Assembly (NCBI GenBank): GCA_947458785.1
Contig: CANGZU010000002.1
Coordinates: 1,770 to 65,769 of the forward strand
Origin: Ignavibacteria bacterium
Lineage (GTDB): Bacteria; Bacteroidota; Ignavibacteria; Kapaibacteriales; Kapaibacteriaceae
Direction of reading: 5' to 3'
DNA: 64,000 bases
Below, in pieces: positions 27,436 through 35,763 of the stretch. Position 1 is the stretch's first letter. Every line of letters begins with the position of its first letter. A program made the translations under genes and the position numbers. The notes beneath the pieces were generated by a model that did no database searches, was not told where the DNA came from, and saw only the letters and a list, made by a program, of their open reading frames with translations.

Positions 27436-28545
27436 ATGGACACCTACCGACCACCACGAATCTTCATCACCGCCGGGGAGCCCTCGGGCGATGCTCATGC
27501 CGCACGGCTGATGGCAGCCATCCGCAAGCAGGTACCCGACGTCATCTTTGAAGGTTTTGGTGGACCCCAGATGGAGATGCAGGGGTTGCGGTCGTTGGCG
27601 CACATACGCGACCTAGCTGTTACGGGGTTCTACGAGGTAGCGAAACGCTACTCATTCTTTATGGACCTTCTCAAGCGTTGTGAGAAGGCCATTGCCGTCA
27701 ATAAGCCTGACTTGTTCATACCGGTGGACTACCCGGGTTTTAACATGAGGCTGGCTGCGCGCGTTAGAAGTCCACGTCTGCCAGTTGTATGGTACATCGC
27801 TCCCCAGCTATGGGCATGGGGCGAGAAACGAGCTGCAGAGCTCGCCAAAGTAGTCGACCGATTGCTTGTGGTCTTTCCATTTGAAGTAGAGTTTTTCGGA
27901 AAGCACAACATCAAAGCTGAGTACGTTGGGCATCCACTGATCGAGGCAATGGGGGATGCTCCGGCTGTTCGAGATCCCCACCGCGTGCTGCTCATGCCGG
28001 GTAGCAGGCGGCAAGAGATTCATCACCATGTTCCCTTGATCGCGTCTGTTGTTGAACACCTGCGCAAGACTCATCCACATATGGAGATGGTCGTGGCTAA
28101 GTCTGCTAATGTCGACGCAGCCAGCATGCAGTCGCTGATCGACGCAGGCGCTGTTCTCAGTTCTGATGCCCTCACGGAGATGCGTCGCTGCTCAGCAGGT
28201 CTTATCAAAGCTGGGACATCTACTCTTGAAGCTACACTGGCGGGCCTACCATTTTCTACGTTCTATCGAACCTCCACGTTAAGCTTTTACATCAGCAAAC
28301 ACTTGGCAAAAATCAGCTCAGTGACGCTTGCCAACCTACTGCTCAAGCGCAATGTTGTACGAGAGTTCATTCAGTCTGATGCCAAGCCTGAGCTTCTTGC
28401 TGATGATCTTGTTGATCTACTCGAGAACGCACCCCGTAGGCATGAGCTAGATGCAGCAATGCAGGAGGTTCAGCACATGCTTGCCGGTGCAGGTGCGAGT
28501 CTTACTGCGGCTGCAATTGTTACATCAATGTTGAGTCGTCGATGA
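27436..28545 (+). CDS. lpxB: Lipid-A-disaccharide synthase
   Basis: IFITAGEPSGDAHAARLM...FGGPQM..., ~369 aa from ATG 27436. The longer ORF start would overlap the divergent gene. Confidence 0.88.
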   Translation: MDTYRPPRIFITAGEPSGDAHAARLMAAIRKQVPDVIFEGFGGPQMEMQGLRSLAHIRDLAVTGFYEVAKRYSFFMDLLKRCEKAIAVNKPDLFIPVDYPGFNMRLAARVRSPRLPVVWYIAPQLWAWGEKRAAELAKVVDRLLVVFPFEVEFFGKHNIKAEYVGHPLIEAMGDAPAVRDPHRVLLMPGSRRQEIHHHVPLIASVVEHLRKTHPHMEMVVAKSANVDAASMQSLIDAGAVLSSDALTEMRRCSAGLIKAGTSTLEATLAGLPFSTFYRTSTLSFYISKHLAKISSVTLANLLLKRNVVREFIQSDAKPELLADDLVDLLENAPRRHELDAAMQEVQHMLAGAGASLTAAAIVTSMLSRR

Positions 28546-29129
28546 AGGCGTGGATACTTTCGATCGTGATTCGACTCCTGGCGCGCACATGGACTATTCG
28601 TGTTCATGGTAGGTTGCCCACCGGACCATCCATTGTTGCATTCTGGCATGGTGAAATGCTGCCGGTGTGGTTTGTGTTTCGTGCGCTCCGGCCGGTTGCA
28701 CTTGTAAGTTCTAGCAAGGATGGATCATTGCTTTCTCGGCTGTTGCAGGATTGGGGCTATGATGTTGTTCTGGGATCTTCATCAAAGGGCGGAAAAGAAG
28801 CGCTCGAGCAGCTCGTACATGAGGCATCCTCACGAGTAGTTCTCATTACGCCAGACGGGCCGCGCGGTCCTGCTCATCAGGCCAAGCCGGGGGCTGTCGT
28901 TGCGGCGCATCGTGCCGGTGTTCCGGTAATCCTTGTGCGCATGAATGCAAGCCGTTCACGAATCTTTCAACGGTCATGGGACAAGTTCCAGCTGCCGTCG
29001 CTGTTCGCATCGATCGATTTGTTTGTAGACCAACCGTGGTCCATACCACCCGATGCTACTCGAGAGTTGTTGGAATCATCGATTACCGATATGAATCAAC
29101 GGATGCAGAACCTGGTATCGGATGCATGA
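28542..29129 (+). CDS. DUF374 domain protein (lysophospholipid-acyltransferase-like, associated with lipid A/Kdo genes)
   Basis: FWHGEMLP...SSSKDGSLLSRLL...GSSSKGGKEAL...ITPDGPRGP. It lies between lpxB and lpxK with 4-nt start/stop overlaps. Confidence 0.7.
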   Translation: MKAWILSIVIRLLARTWTIRVHGRLPTGPSIVAFWHGEMLPVWFVFRALRPVALVSSSKDGSLLSRLLQDWGYDVVLGSSSKGGKEALEQLVHEASSRVVLITPDGPRGPAHQAKPGAVVAAHRAGVPVILVRMNASRSRIFQRSWDKFQLPSLFASIDLFVDQPWSIPPDATRELLESSITDMNQRMQNLVSDA

Positions 29130-30109
29130 TGTCTATCCTACAACGATTGTACTCGTGGATCATCACTCGACGCAACGCGCAGTTCGATGCACGCACGCGT
29201 CCCATCGTGCCAGTTACCAAGCCTGTTATCAGTATTGGCAACATCAGCGTTGGCGGCACTGGAAAGTCTCCAGCTGTGCAGCTTGTAGCTCGTATCCTGC
29301 TCAAGCATGGCATGCGTCCTGCAATCGTGATGCGGGGGTATCGAAGACGGTCGCGGGGACTCGTCGTTGTGCACGATGGCTCAGATATCCTCACCACTGT
29401 TGAGCGTGCAGGAGACGAGGCATTCATGCATGCCTCGATGCTCGGTGTGCCCGTTGTTGTCAGCAGTGATAAGGTCCAAGCTGCAGCCTATGCCGCTGGA
29501 TGTCTGCCCTGCGATGTTATCATCGTTGACGACGGCTATCAGCATCGAGCTCTGCATCGCTGCTGTGATATCGTGTTGGTCAACGACGAGACAATGAACG
29601 GTACACTTCTCCCACACGGACGCCTTCGCGAGCCCCTTTCCGAGCTGCGCCGTGCGTCGATCATTGTGTGTGCTCATGATGGACTTCGTGCCAATGTCTT
29701 GCAGTGTTCCACCCCCAATGCACGGATTGTCTCATCGACGTCGGTGATGCAGTGCGATGCCCCGAAGGATGCGCCAGTTGTTATTGTGAGTGGTATAGCC
29801 AATCCTGAGCGCATCAGAATATCTCTCGAGCAGCAAGGATATACGATTGCCAAGCACATCGCTTTTGGTGATCACCACCGCTATCGTACAGCAGACATCT
29901 GGAAGATCAGAGATGTTGCGGCATCGTTAACGGCAGTGGTGGTAACGACGGACAAAGACATTGCAAAGATTCGCAGCGTTGATTCGTCAAACGACCTGCA
30001 AAAAACGCCGCTTTACGTGGCCCATGTGCAGATGATGATTCATGCACCAGAGTTTACAGAACGAATTCTCCAGGATATCAAGAATGAAGATTGTCATCTC
30101 GAAGAGTGA
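29126..30109 (+). CDS. lpxK: Tetraacyldisaccharide 4'-kinase
   Basis: P-loop ISIGNISVGGTGKSP, DDGYQH motif. The start ATG at 29126 overlaps the upstream stop (ATGA). Confidence 0.88.
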   Translation: MMSILQRLYSWIITRRNAQFDARTRPIVPVTKPVISIGNISVGGTGKSPAVQLVARILLKHGMRPAIVMRGYRRRSRGLVVVHDGSDILTTVERAGDEAFMHASMLGVPVVVSSDKVQAAAYAAGCLPCDVIIVDDGYQHRALHRCCDIVLVNDETMNGTLLPHGRLREPLSELRRASIIVCAHDGLRANVLQCSTPNARIVSSTSVMQCDAPKDAPVVIVSGIANPERIRISLEQQGYTIAKHIAFGDHHRYRTADIWKIRDVAASLTAVVVTTDKDIAKIRSVDSSNDLQKTPLYVAHVQMMIHAPEFTERILQDIKNEDCHLEE

Positions 30110-30812
30110 AGGGGCGAATGTCGATAACTACATAAACTGGCTCAAGGCTGCTCGTGAGGATGTAGAGGTTGTGGAGCTTGGCGGACTTACACCAGATGAT
30201 GCGGTTGAAGCTCTGAAGCACGCAGACGGACTGCTCCTGAGCGGTGGTGCTGACGTGGATCCAGTTGAATATGAACGCGAGAGTATGCGTTCACTTTGCA
30301 AAATGGATCCCGCACGTGATGCAATGGAACTTGCACTCATTCACGCATCGCGCGAACTCCGCATGCCCGTGCTTGGTATCTGCCGAGGAATGCAGATCCT
30401 CAACGTTGCCTATGGCGGCACGTTGATCGCCGATATCCCATCACAGTATCCCACTACGATCGAGCATCGTCAAGATGCGGAGACCAAGATCGATGCCACG
30501 CATGGGGTTGAATTGCAGCCCGGGACAATTCTCCGTCGCTTCATGGGAGTCTTTGAGGGCACTGTCAACTCTGCACATCATCAGTGTGTAGACCAGCTTG
30601 CCGACGTTTTTACTGCGTCTGCTCAGTCTTCGGATGGAATCATCGAAGCATTGGAATGGGGCGATGCATCTCTTGGCGGCAAGCCCTTTTTGTACGCGGT
30701 TCAGTGGCATCCCGAGCGCCTGCCGCACGACAATCCCATGTCGCTGCCTATTGCTCAGCACTTTCTGCTTGAGGTAGACGCGTATCGTGTGCTCGTGAAA
30801 TCTGCCCGCTAA
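30084..30812 (+). CDS. Class I glutamine amidotransferase / gamma-glutamyl-GABA hydrolase-like (peptidase C26)
   Basis: LLLSGGADVDP, the nucleophile elbow GICRGMQILNV, HHQ, and WHPE near the C-terminus. The start is set at ATG 30084. Confidence 0.8.
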   Translation: MKIVISKSEGANVDNYINWLKAAREDVEVVELGGLTPDDAVEALKHADGLLLSGGADVDPVEYERESMRSLCKMDPARDAMELALIHASRELRMPVLGICRGMQILNVAYGGTLIADIPSQYPTTIEHRQDAETKIDATHGVELQPGTILRRFMGVFEGTVNSAHHQCVDQLADVFTASAQSSDGIIEALEWGDASLGGKPFLYAVQWHPERLPHDNPMSLPIAQHFLLEVDAYRVLVKSAR

Positions 30813-32268
30813 CAGCCAGGCGCACATCGTAGTGAGTCAGTGGTTGATCTGTCGTAGTGGTCATGCTTACGATGGCTGAGATAGTCAGCCCCTTATGTGG
30901 TCTCCAGTCTGAGGCTATACTCCATCGTAATCCGTAGCCATTGCAGACCACCAGCCGCTGAAGATCTCTGGATGCGTAATCGATCATCCGTGATGCGATC
31001 AGATACGATGGGCATGCAAAGTGCACTGCGCGTGCGCGTAGCGTAAGTTCTGGGTGCGGCGTGTTGATGACCTCAACCTGTATTGTTGAGGAAACATGCG
31101 TGGTGTTAGTCCATAGCCAGCGGAGATCAGCGCGTGCACGCCAGCGCAACGTTGGTCTGATCATGCGTTCAATCGTTGATTGAAGTCCTACTCGATGCAT
31201 CTGCTGCTGCGTAGCTGTCCCGTCGATAACGATACCGTCGTCATCACGCATCACCGACATACGCCAGATCACATGAAGCTGACTCGTCACAGTCTGCCGT
31301 ACTTCGGCACGCAGTGCATATTCGAGCTGGGGAAACGGTGTGTCATGAGCGCGCGTGAAGGTGCCGCGAATTGTCCACCAGATGTTCCATCCAACAAATG
31401 AACGGATTGTGTGACGGATGGAGCCCGCTACACCCCACGTGTTGCTGGGAGTGCTGCTTGTTGCTACGAGTGTGCCAAGCCCGTTAACGGTAACTGGTGG
31501 ACACGACCAAGCTGCAAGACCTACGGAGATTGCTTGTTGTTTGAGTCCATAGCTGAGTTGCATTGATACAGGCTCTGCACGCCCGGTAATCAGTTCGGCG
31601 ATGAGCGTATGTAGCCCATGTGCATATCGCATCCATACGCCCAGACCCACTGATCTTGCGGATTCGTTGATGTGCATGTTGTATCCGAGCGATACGCTCG
31701 AAAGTCTCGCAGAGAACATCGTCACGTAGTTCATCGCTGCATCACGCATTGACATGCCGGCTGCAAGCCCCATACTATAGCGTCCGCTATCGATATGTCC
31801 AACAATCGCCCCACCTCGAAGGGCTGGTTCGTTCCATCGTGACCGCCATTGCCGCACGGAAGGTTCTGATGAAGCAGGGGGCTTTACAGAGCTCAACGAC
31901 CGAATGCCGCTTGATGCAGTACCAACGAGAAGTCCGCCGCCGCTGTGCAAAGCAACATCACCAAGGACCAACGAGATCTGCTCTTGCTGATGCTGCAGCC
32001 AGAATCCTGTTGGCATCAATGAAGCACTCGGCGTTGTGATGTTGAAGCCAAGAGTTGTGTTCATCACGCGAGCGTCGAAGCGGTAGGATAGCTGCCCGAG
32101 TGTGGAGTCGCGCTGCACAACGGCAAGCCGGACGGATGCCGGCGTGATGTCCAGCCAGTCGATTGCATCGATAGCTGATACGGCATCGATGGTGTCGGCA
32201 TCAACGTCGGCATGAGCCATCGTTGAGTCGGAGCATGCTACTGCCACAGCGAGGGCGAGCGCCAGCAT
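30748..32268 (-). CDS. Hypothetical protein, possibly an outer-membrane beta-barrel; family not recognised
   Basis: 506-aa ORF with no competing long ORF on the opposite strand. It is rich in R/W/S/T/G with alternating-pattern segments. The N-terminus MLALALAVAVAC resembles a lipobox but lacks a basic n-region. Its 3' end overlaps the convergent amidotransferase gene by 65 nt. Confidence 0.45.
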   Translation of the reverse strand: MLALALAVAVACSDSTMAHADVDADTIDAVSAIDAIDWLDITPASVRLAVVQRDSTLGQLSYRFDARVMNTTLGFNITTPSASLMPTGFWLQHQQEQISLVLGDVALHSGGGLLVGTASSGIRSLSSVKPPASSEPSVRQWRSRWNEPALRGGAIVGHIDSGRYSMGLAAGMSMRDAAMNYVTMFSARLSSVSLGYNMHINESARSVGLGVWMRYAHGLHTLIAELITGRAEPVSMQLSYGLKQQAISVGLAAWSCPPVTVNGLGTLVATSSTPSNTWGVAGSIRHTIRSFVGWNIWWTIRGTFTRAHDTPFPQLEYALRAEVRQTVTSQLHVIWRMSVMRDDDGIVIDGTATQQQMHRVGLQSTIERMIRPTLRWRARADLRWLWTNTTHVSSTIQVEVINTPHPELTLRARAVHFACPSYLIASRMIDYASRDLQRLVVCNGYGLRWSIASDWRPHKGLTISAIVSMTTTTDQPLTHYDVRLAVSGQISRAHDTRLPQAESAEQ

Positions 32269-33029
32269 AGGGTTACTCGTGGTTGGATACCTAGGCGCTC
32301 GCGCTGCCGCACTGCAAGTACGATGGCAGTTTCCTTGCCAGCCGGAATACGGATTGCGATATCAACTGTGATGGGGCTGGCTCCGATGCGAATTCCTGTT
32401 GTGACGGAATCACCTAACACGAGCTGTGTTGAAAGGCTCACCAGTGGCGATGTAACCCATCGCGATGAAAGCTCGACACCTGCTGAGCCCGTGGCAAACG
32501 CGGTACTTATTCCAATCAACATGGCAGGACGCGGTGTTCTGCCCCATACCATCGCATCGAACAGTCCAGCCCGTATGCTCCACCCGGCAAGGGTCATCTG
32601 GGCCGCCACGTCCAGATCTATAGACCATTGATCGGGGAATGCCGCCAGGGCCATCCATTGGGCAGTGAGATGTCCCACAACGTGGTATGAATCCTGCGGA
32701 CTCCACATCGTCCGGGCACCGATCCGTGTTTGTAGAAGTCCGGGAGCCCCTTGGGCTTCCCATGCTACAGAGCATTTTTCTTGCGGCCAACCGTGTGCAA
32801 TGCGAGCCCGAGATAACGACGCATGACCATACGGGACAGGCACGACCTCTACTGCTAGCTCGGGTCGGATCGCCGCCAAAGGAGCATCAAGACCATCTGT
32901 CTCCGAAAGTGCAGTATGGCCATTGAGCGTTTGCTGTGCCATGGCAGTGGTCATGGGTATAAGCAAGAGAGCGCAGAACACGATAATGGTGCGTAGATTC
33001 GTCGGATATTGTTGAAGGAGACCTAGCAT
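32238..33029 (-). CDS. Hypothetical secreted or outer-membrane protein; family not recognised
   Basis: ORF 32238..33143. The start is placed at ATG 33029, giving the signal peptide MLGLLQQYPTNLRTIIVFCALLLIPMTTAMAQQ. It overlaps the downstream ORF by 31 nt. Confidence 0.45.
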   Translation of the reverse strand: MLGLLQQYPTNLRTIIVFCALLLIPMTTAMAQQTLNGHTALSETDGLDAPLAAIRPELAVEVVPVPYGHASLSRARIAHGWPQEKCSVAWEAQGAPGLLQTRIGARTMWSPQDSYHVVGHLTAQWMALAAFPDQWSIDLDVAAQMTLAGWSIRAGLFDAMVWGRTPRPAMLIGISTAFATGSAGVELSSRWVTSPLVSLSTQLVLGDSVTTGIRIGASPITVDIAIRIPAGKETAIVLAVRQRERLGIQPRVTLCWRSPSLWQ

Positions 33030-33936
33030 GATGACCCTGAGAATGTCACTCTTCCTCCTCCTTGTGTCCGCAGCGTTGCAGAACGTGACATTGTCGGCCC
33101 AGGAGCTGCAGGCTACTGTTAACGTGAACATGCAGACGCTCACGCAGGACCAACGTCAGGATATGATGACGATGGCCCGCGACGTTGAGAACTACCTCAA
33201 CAGTAACCGATATCTCAATCGTGACTGGGAAGGCGAGCGCGTGCCTGTTGACGTAACGATCTACGTCAATTCAAGGAACGGCAATCGCGTCAGCGGACGT
33301 CTTTCGGTTGTTAGCAAGCGTCTTGTAAACAATGCGGCTGGCACTGGATCTGGATTGCTACGTGTATTCGACCAGGATTGGGTCTTCGAATGGTCGTTCT
33401 CGCCTACGTTGGTCTATCAGCCCCTTCGCTATGACCCGTTCACGAGCGTGCTGGATTTCTACATGCTCTTGGCAATCGGCATGGACATGGATACCTACGA
33501 TGATCTTGCCGGAACCGAAGCGTATAAGATCGCTCAGCAGATCGCGCAGAATGGAAACGCGCAGGGCGTGAGCCAGTTCAGTACTGTTTATCAGCCGGGA
33601 CAGCTCACGAGAATGTCGCTTGTTACAGAACTTATGGACATGCGCTTTCAGCCGATGCGCCGCTTGATGTACGACTATCACGACGCCATGGACACCTATG
33701 ATACAGATAAGCTTAAGGGGCTTGCAGACCTTGAGCTCGTGATTCGTGATCTTGCAGACTACAAGAAGAACAAGCTGTCGAGCCGCAGCGTGCTGATGCA
33801 GGTGTTCTTTGATGCTAAGTCCATGGAGCTCGCCGGCATGTTCAAGGGCGTGAAGAGTGCGGGCCTTTGGGCTGACTTGCGCTTCCTTGATCCAGGAAAC
33901 ACGCAGCTCTACGAAGCAGCACAACAGGGCAAGTAA
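33028..33936 (+). CDS. DUF4835 family protein (PorD-like T9SS-associated protein)
   Basis: Signal peptide, then QELQATVNVNMQTLTQDQRQDMMTMARDVENYLNSNRYLNRDWEGERVPVDVTIYVNS, which matches my recollection of the DUF4835 N-terminal pattern. ~300 aa. AAGGAG lies 7 nt upstream of ATG 33028. Confidence 0.6.
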   Translation: MMTLRMSLFLLLVSAALQNVTLSAQELQATVNVNMQTLTQDQRQDMMTMARDVENYLNSNRYLNRDWEGERVPVDVTIYVNSRNGNRVSGRLSVVSKRLVNNAAGTGSGLLRVFDQDWVFEWSFSPTLVYQPLRYDPFTSVLDFYMLLAIGMDMDTYDDLAGTEAYKIAQQIAQNGNAQGVSQFSTVYQPGQLTRMSLVTELMDMRFQPMRRLMYDYHDAMDTYDTDKLKGLADLELVIRDLADYKKNKLSSRSVLMQVFFDAKSMELAGMFKGVKSAGLWADLRFLDPGNTQLYEAAQQGK

Positions 33937-33938
33937 GC

Positions 33939-35123
33939 ATGTCCGAGGTTGCTCGCCGGCATGAGTCGTTCATGCGTCAGGCGCTTGTTCTAGCTGCCGA
34001 TGCCGGTAGCGAGGGAGATGTCCCTGTTGGATGTGTGATCGTACGTGGTGACGATGTAGTTGGCCGCGGAGCGAACTACATTCAGCGCTTGGGCGACCCC
34101 ACACGTCATGCCGAGATCGTCGCGATCGAGGATGCCGTCCGCACGGTCGGCGAGAAGTTCCTCCACGAATGCACGCTCTACGTAACCCTTGAACCATGTA
34201 CCATGTGTGCCGGTGCCATTGTGCTGGCGCGAATCCCCAACCTTGTCTACGGTGCATCTGATGCCAAGACAGGGGCCTGTCGGAGTGTCTTTGAGCTGGT
34301 CGACGATCCCCGACTGAACCACAACGTCATTGTTCGCACGGGCATTCTCGAAGACGACTGTTCTCGGTTGCTCTCAGAGTTCTTTGAACGTCAGCGAACG
34401 TTAACAGCTGAACCTGCTCATCGGGAGAATACGGCTAAACCAGGCGGCACACTCTACCTTGTGCCAACACCGATTGGGAATCTCGAAGACATGACGCTGC
34501 GCGCGGTCAAGACGCTTCGGGAGGTGGATGTCATAGTCTGTGAGGATACACGACACACAAGCCCCTTGCTGAAAAAGTACGATGTGCCGAAGAAAACACT
34601 CCTGAGTTATCACGAACACAATGAACGTGAGCGAGCCGACGAGATCGTGCGTCGCATTAAGAGCGGTCAGCGTGTAGCTCTTGTTTCAGATGCGGGCATG
34701 CCCGGCATTAGCGACCCAGGGTATCGTGCTGTGCATGCATGCGTAGAGGCAGGATTGCCCGTTGTGGCGCTTCCTGGAGCTTCTGCGATGGTAACAGCCG
34801 CCGCCGCATCCGGTCTGCCAACAGATCGACTGTTGTTTGGTGGATTTTTGCCGCATAAGAAGGGGCGTAAGGCCGCTTTGGAGTCGCTGATGATCGTACC
34901 CAATTGTACGGTGATTCTATACGAATCTCCATACCGGATCAACGACTTGCTGGCAGAGATCGAAGAGATTGGCGGTACGGAGCGTGAGGTGGTCATCGCA
35001 CGTGAGGTATCAAAGCTCCATGAGGAATATCTTCGCGGAACAGTACAGCAACTGCGCTCTGCGCTCGAGAAGCGAAATGGTGTTAAAGGGGAGTGCGTTG
35101 TGCTTATTGGATCAGCAACGTAG
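33939..35123 (+). CDS. Fusion protein: tRNA adenosine(34) deaminase TadA (N-terminal) and 16S rRNA C1402 2'-O-methyltransferase RsmI (C-terminal)
   Basis: N-terminal CDA motifs HAEIVAIEDA and PCTMCAGAI. After a ~16 aa linker comes the RsmI N-terminus GTLYLVPTPIGNLEDMTLRAVKTLREVDVIVCEDTRHT and SDAGMPGISDPG. A single uninterrupted 394-aa ORF. Confidence 0.8.
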   Translation: MSEVARRHESFMRQALVLAADAGSEGDVPVGCVIVRGDDVVGRGANYIQRLGDPTRHAEIVAIEDAVRTVGEKFLHECTLYVTLEPCTMCAGAIVLARIPNLVYGASDAKTGACRSVFELVDDPRLNHNVIVRTGILEDDCSRLLSEFFERQRTLTAEPAHRENTAKPGGTLYLVPTPIGNLEDMTLRAVKTLREVDVIVCEDTRHTSPLLKKYDVPKKTLLSYHEHNERERADEIVRRIKSGQRVALVSDAGMPGISDPGYRAVHACVEAGLPVVALPGASAMVTAAAASGLPTDRLLFGGFLPHKKGRKAALESLMIVPNCTVILYESPYRINDLLAEIEEIGGTEREVVIAREVSKLHEEYLRGTVQQLRSALEKRNGVKGECVVLIGSAT

Positions 35124-35137
35124 AAGGAAACAACACG

Positions 35138-35740
35138 GTGTTCATCTCTTTTGAAGGAATCGATGGATCTGGTAAGAGCACGCAGCTCTCACTGTTGCGT
35201 GATGTGCTTGAGGCCAAAGGACACTCGGTCATCACCATTCGAGAGCCCGGAGCAACGCTGCTCAGCGAGTCGATACGCGAGATTCTGCTCAGTAACAAGC
35301 AGACCATCACCTCAACCGCGGAATTGCTCCTATTCAGTTCTGCGCGCACGCAACTCGTGGAAATGATCATCGAGCCTGCGCTCCGCGACGGGAAATACAT
35401 TCTGTGCGATAGATACGTCGATAGTACGACGGCCTATCAGGGGTATGGAAGACAGCTCAACATGGAACATGTCGAGCTGTGTAACAAAATCGCCACTCGC
35501 GGTGTTATGCCCCATGTAACGTTCTTTATCGACGTTGCCTACGAGCAAGCTCAGCAGCGCATGCAGTTTACGCCCGGTTCCGCCGAGCCCGACCGCATGG
35601 AGCGATCTGGCAGGGAGTTTTTCGAGCGTGTGCGGGAGGGCTATTTAGCCATAGCCAAGTCGGATCCACAACGGTTTGTGGTGATCGACGGACACCGCAA
35701 CCGTGAAGAGATTCATGCTGATATCGTTGCGTATCTTTGA
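35138..35740 (+). CDS. tmk: Thymidylate kinase
   Basis: FISFEGIDGSGKSTQ P-loop, DRY motif (CDRYVDSTTAYQG). The start is set at GTG 35138, just after the upstream stop and preceded by GAAGGAA. An alternative GTG at 35093 would add 15 aa. Confidence 0.85.
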   Translation: MFISFEGIDGSGKSTQLSLLRDVLEAKGHSVITIREPGATLLSESIREILLSNKQTITSTAELLLFSSARTQLVEMIIEPALRDGKYILCDRYVDSTTAYQGYGRQLNMEHVELCNKIATRGVMPHVTFFIDVAYEQAQQRMQFTPGSAEPDRMERSGREFFERVREGYLAIAKSDPQRFVVIDGHRNREEIHADIVAYL

Positions 35741-35763
35741 GGCCCCTTAACCACAGCCACTTC

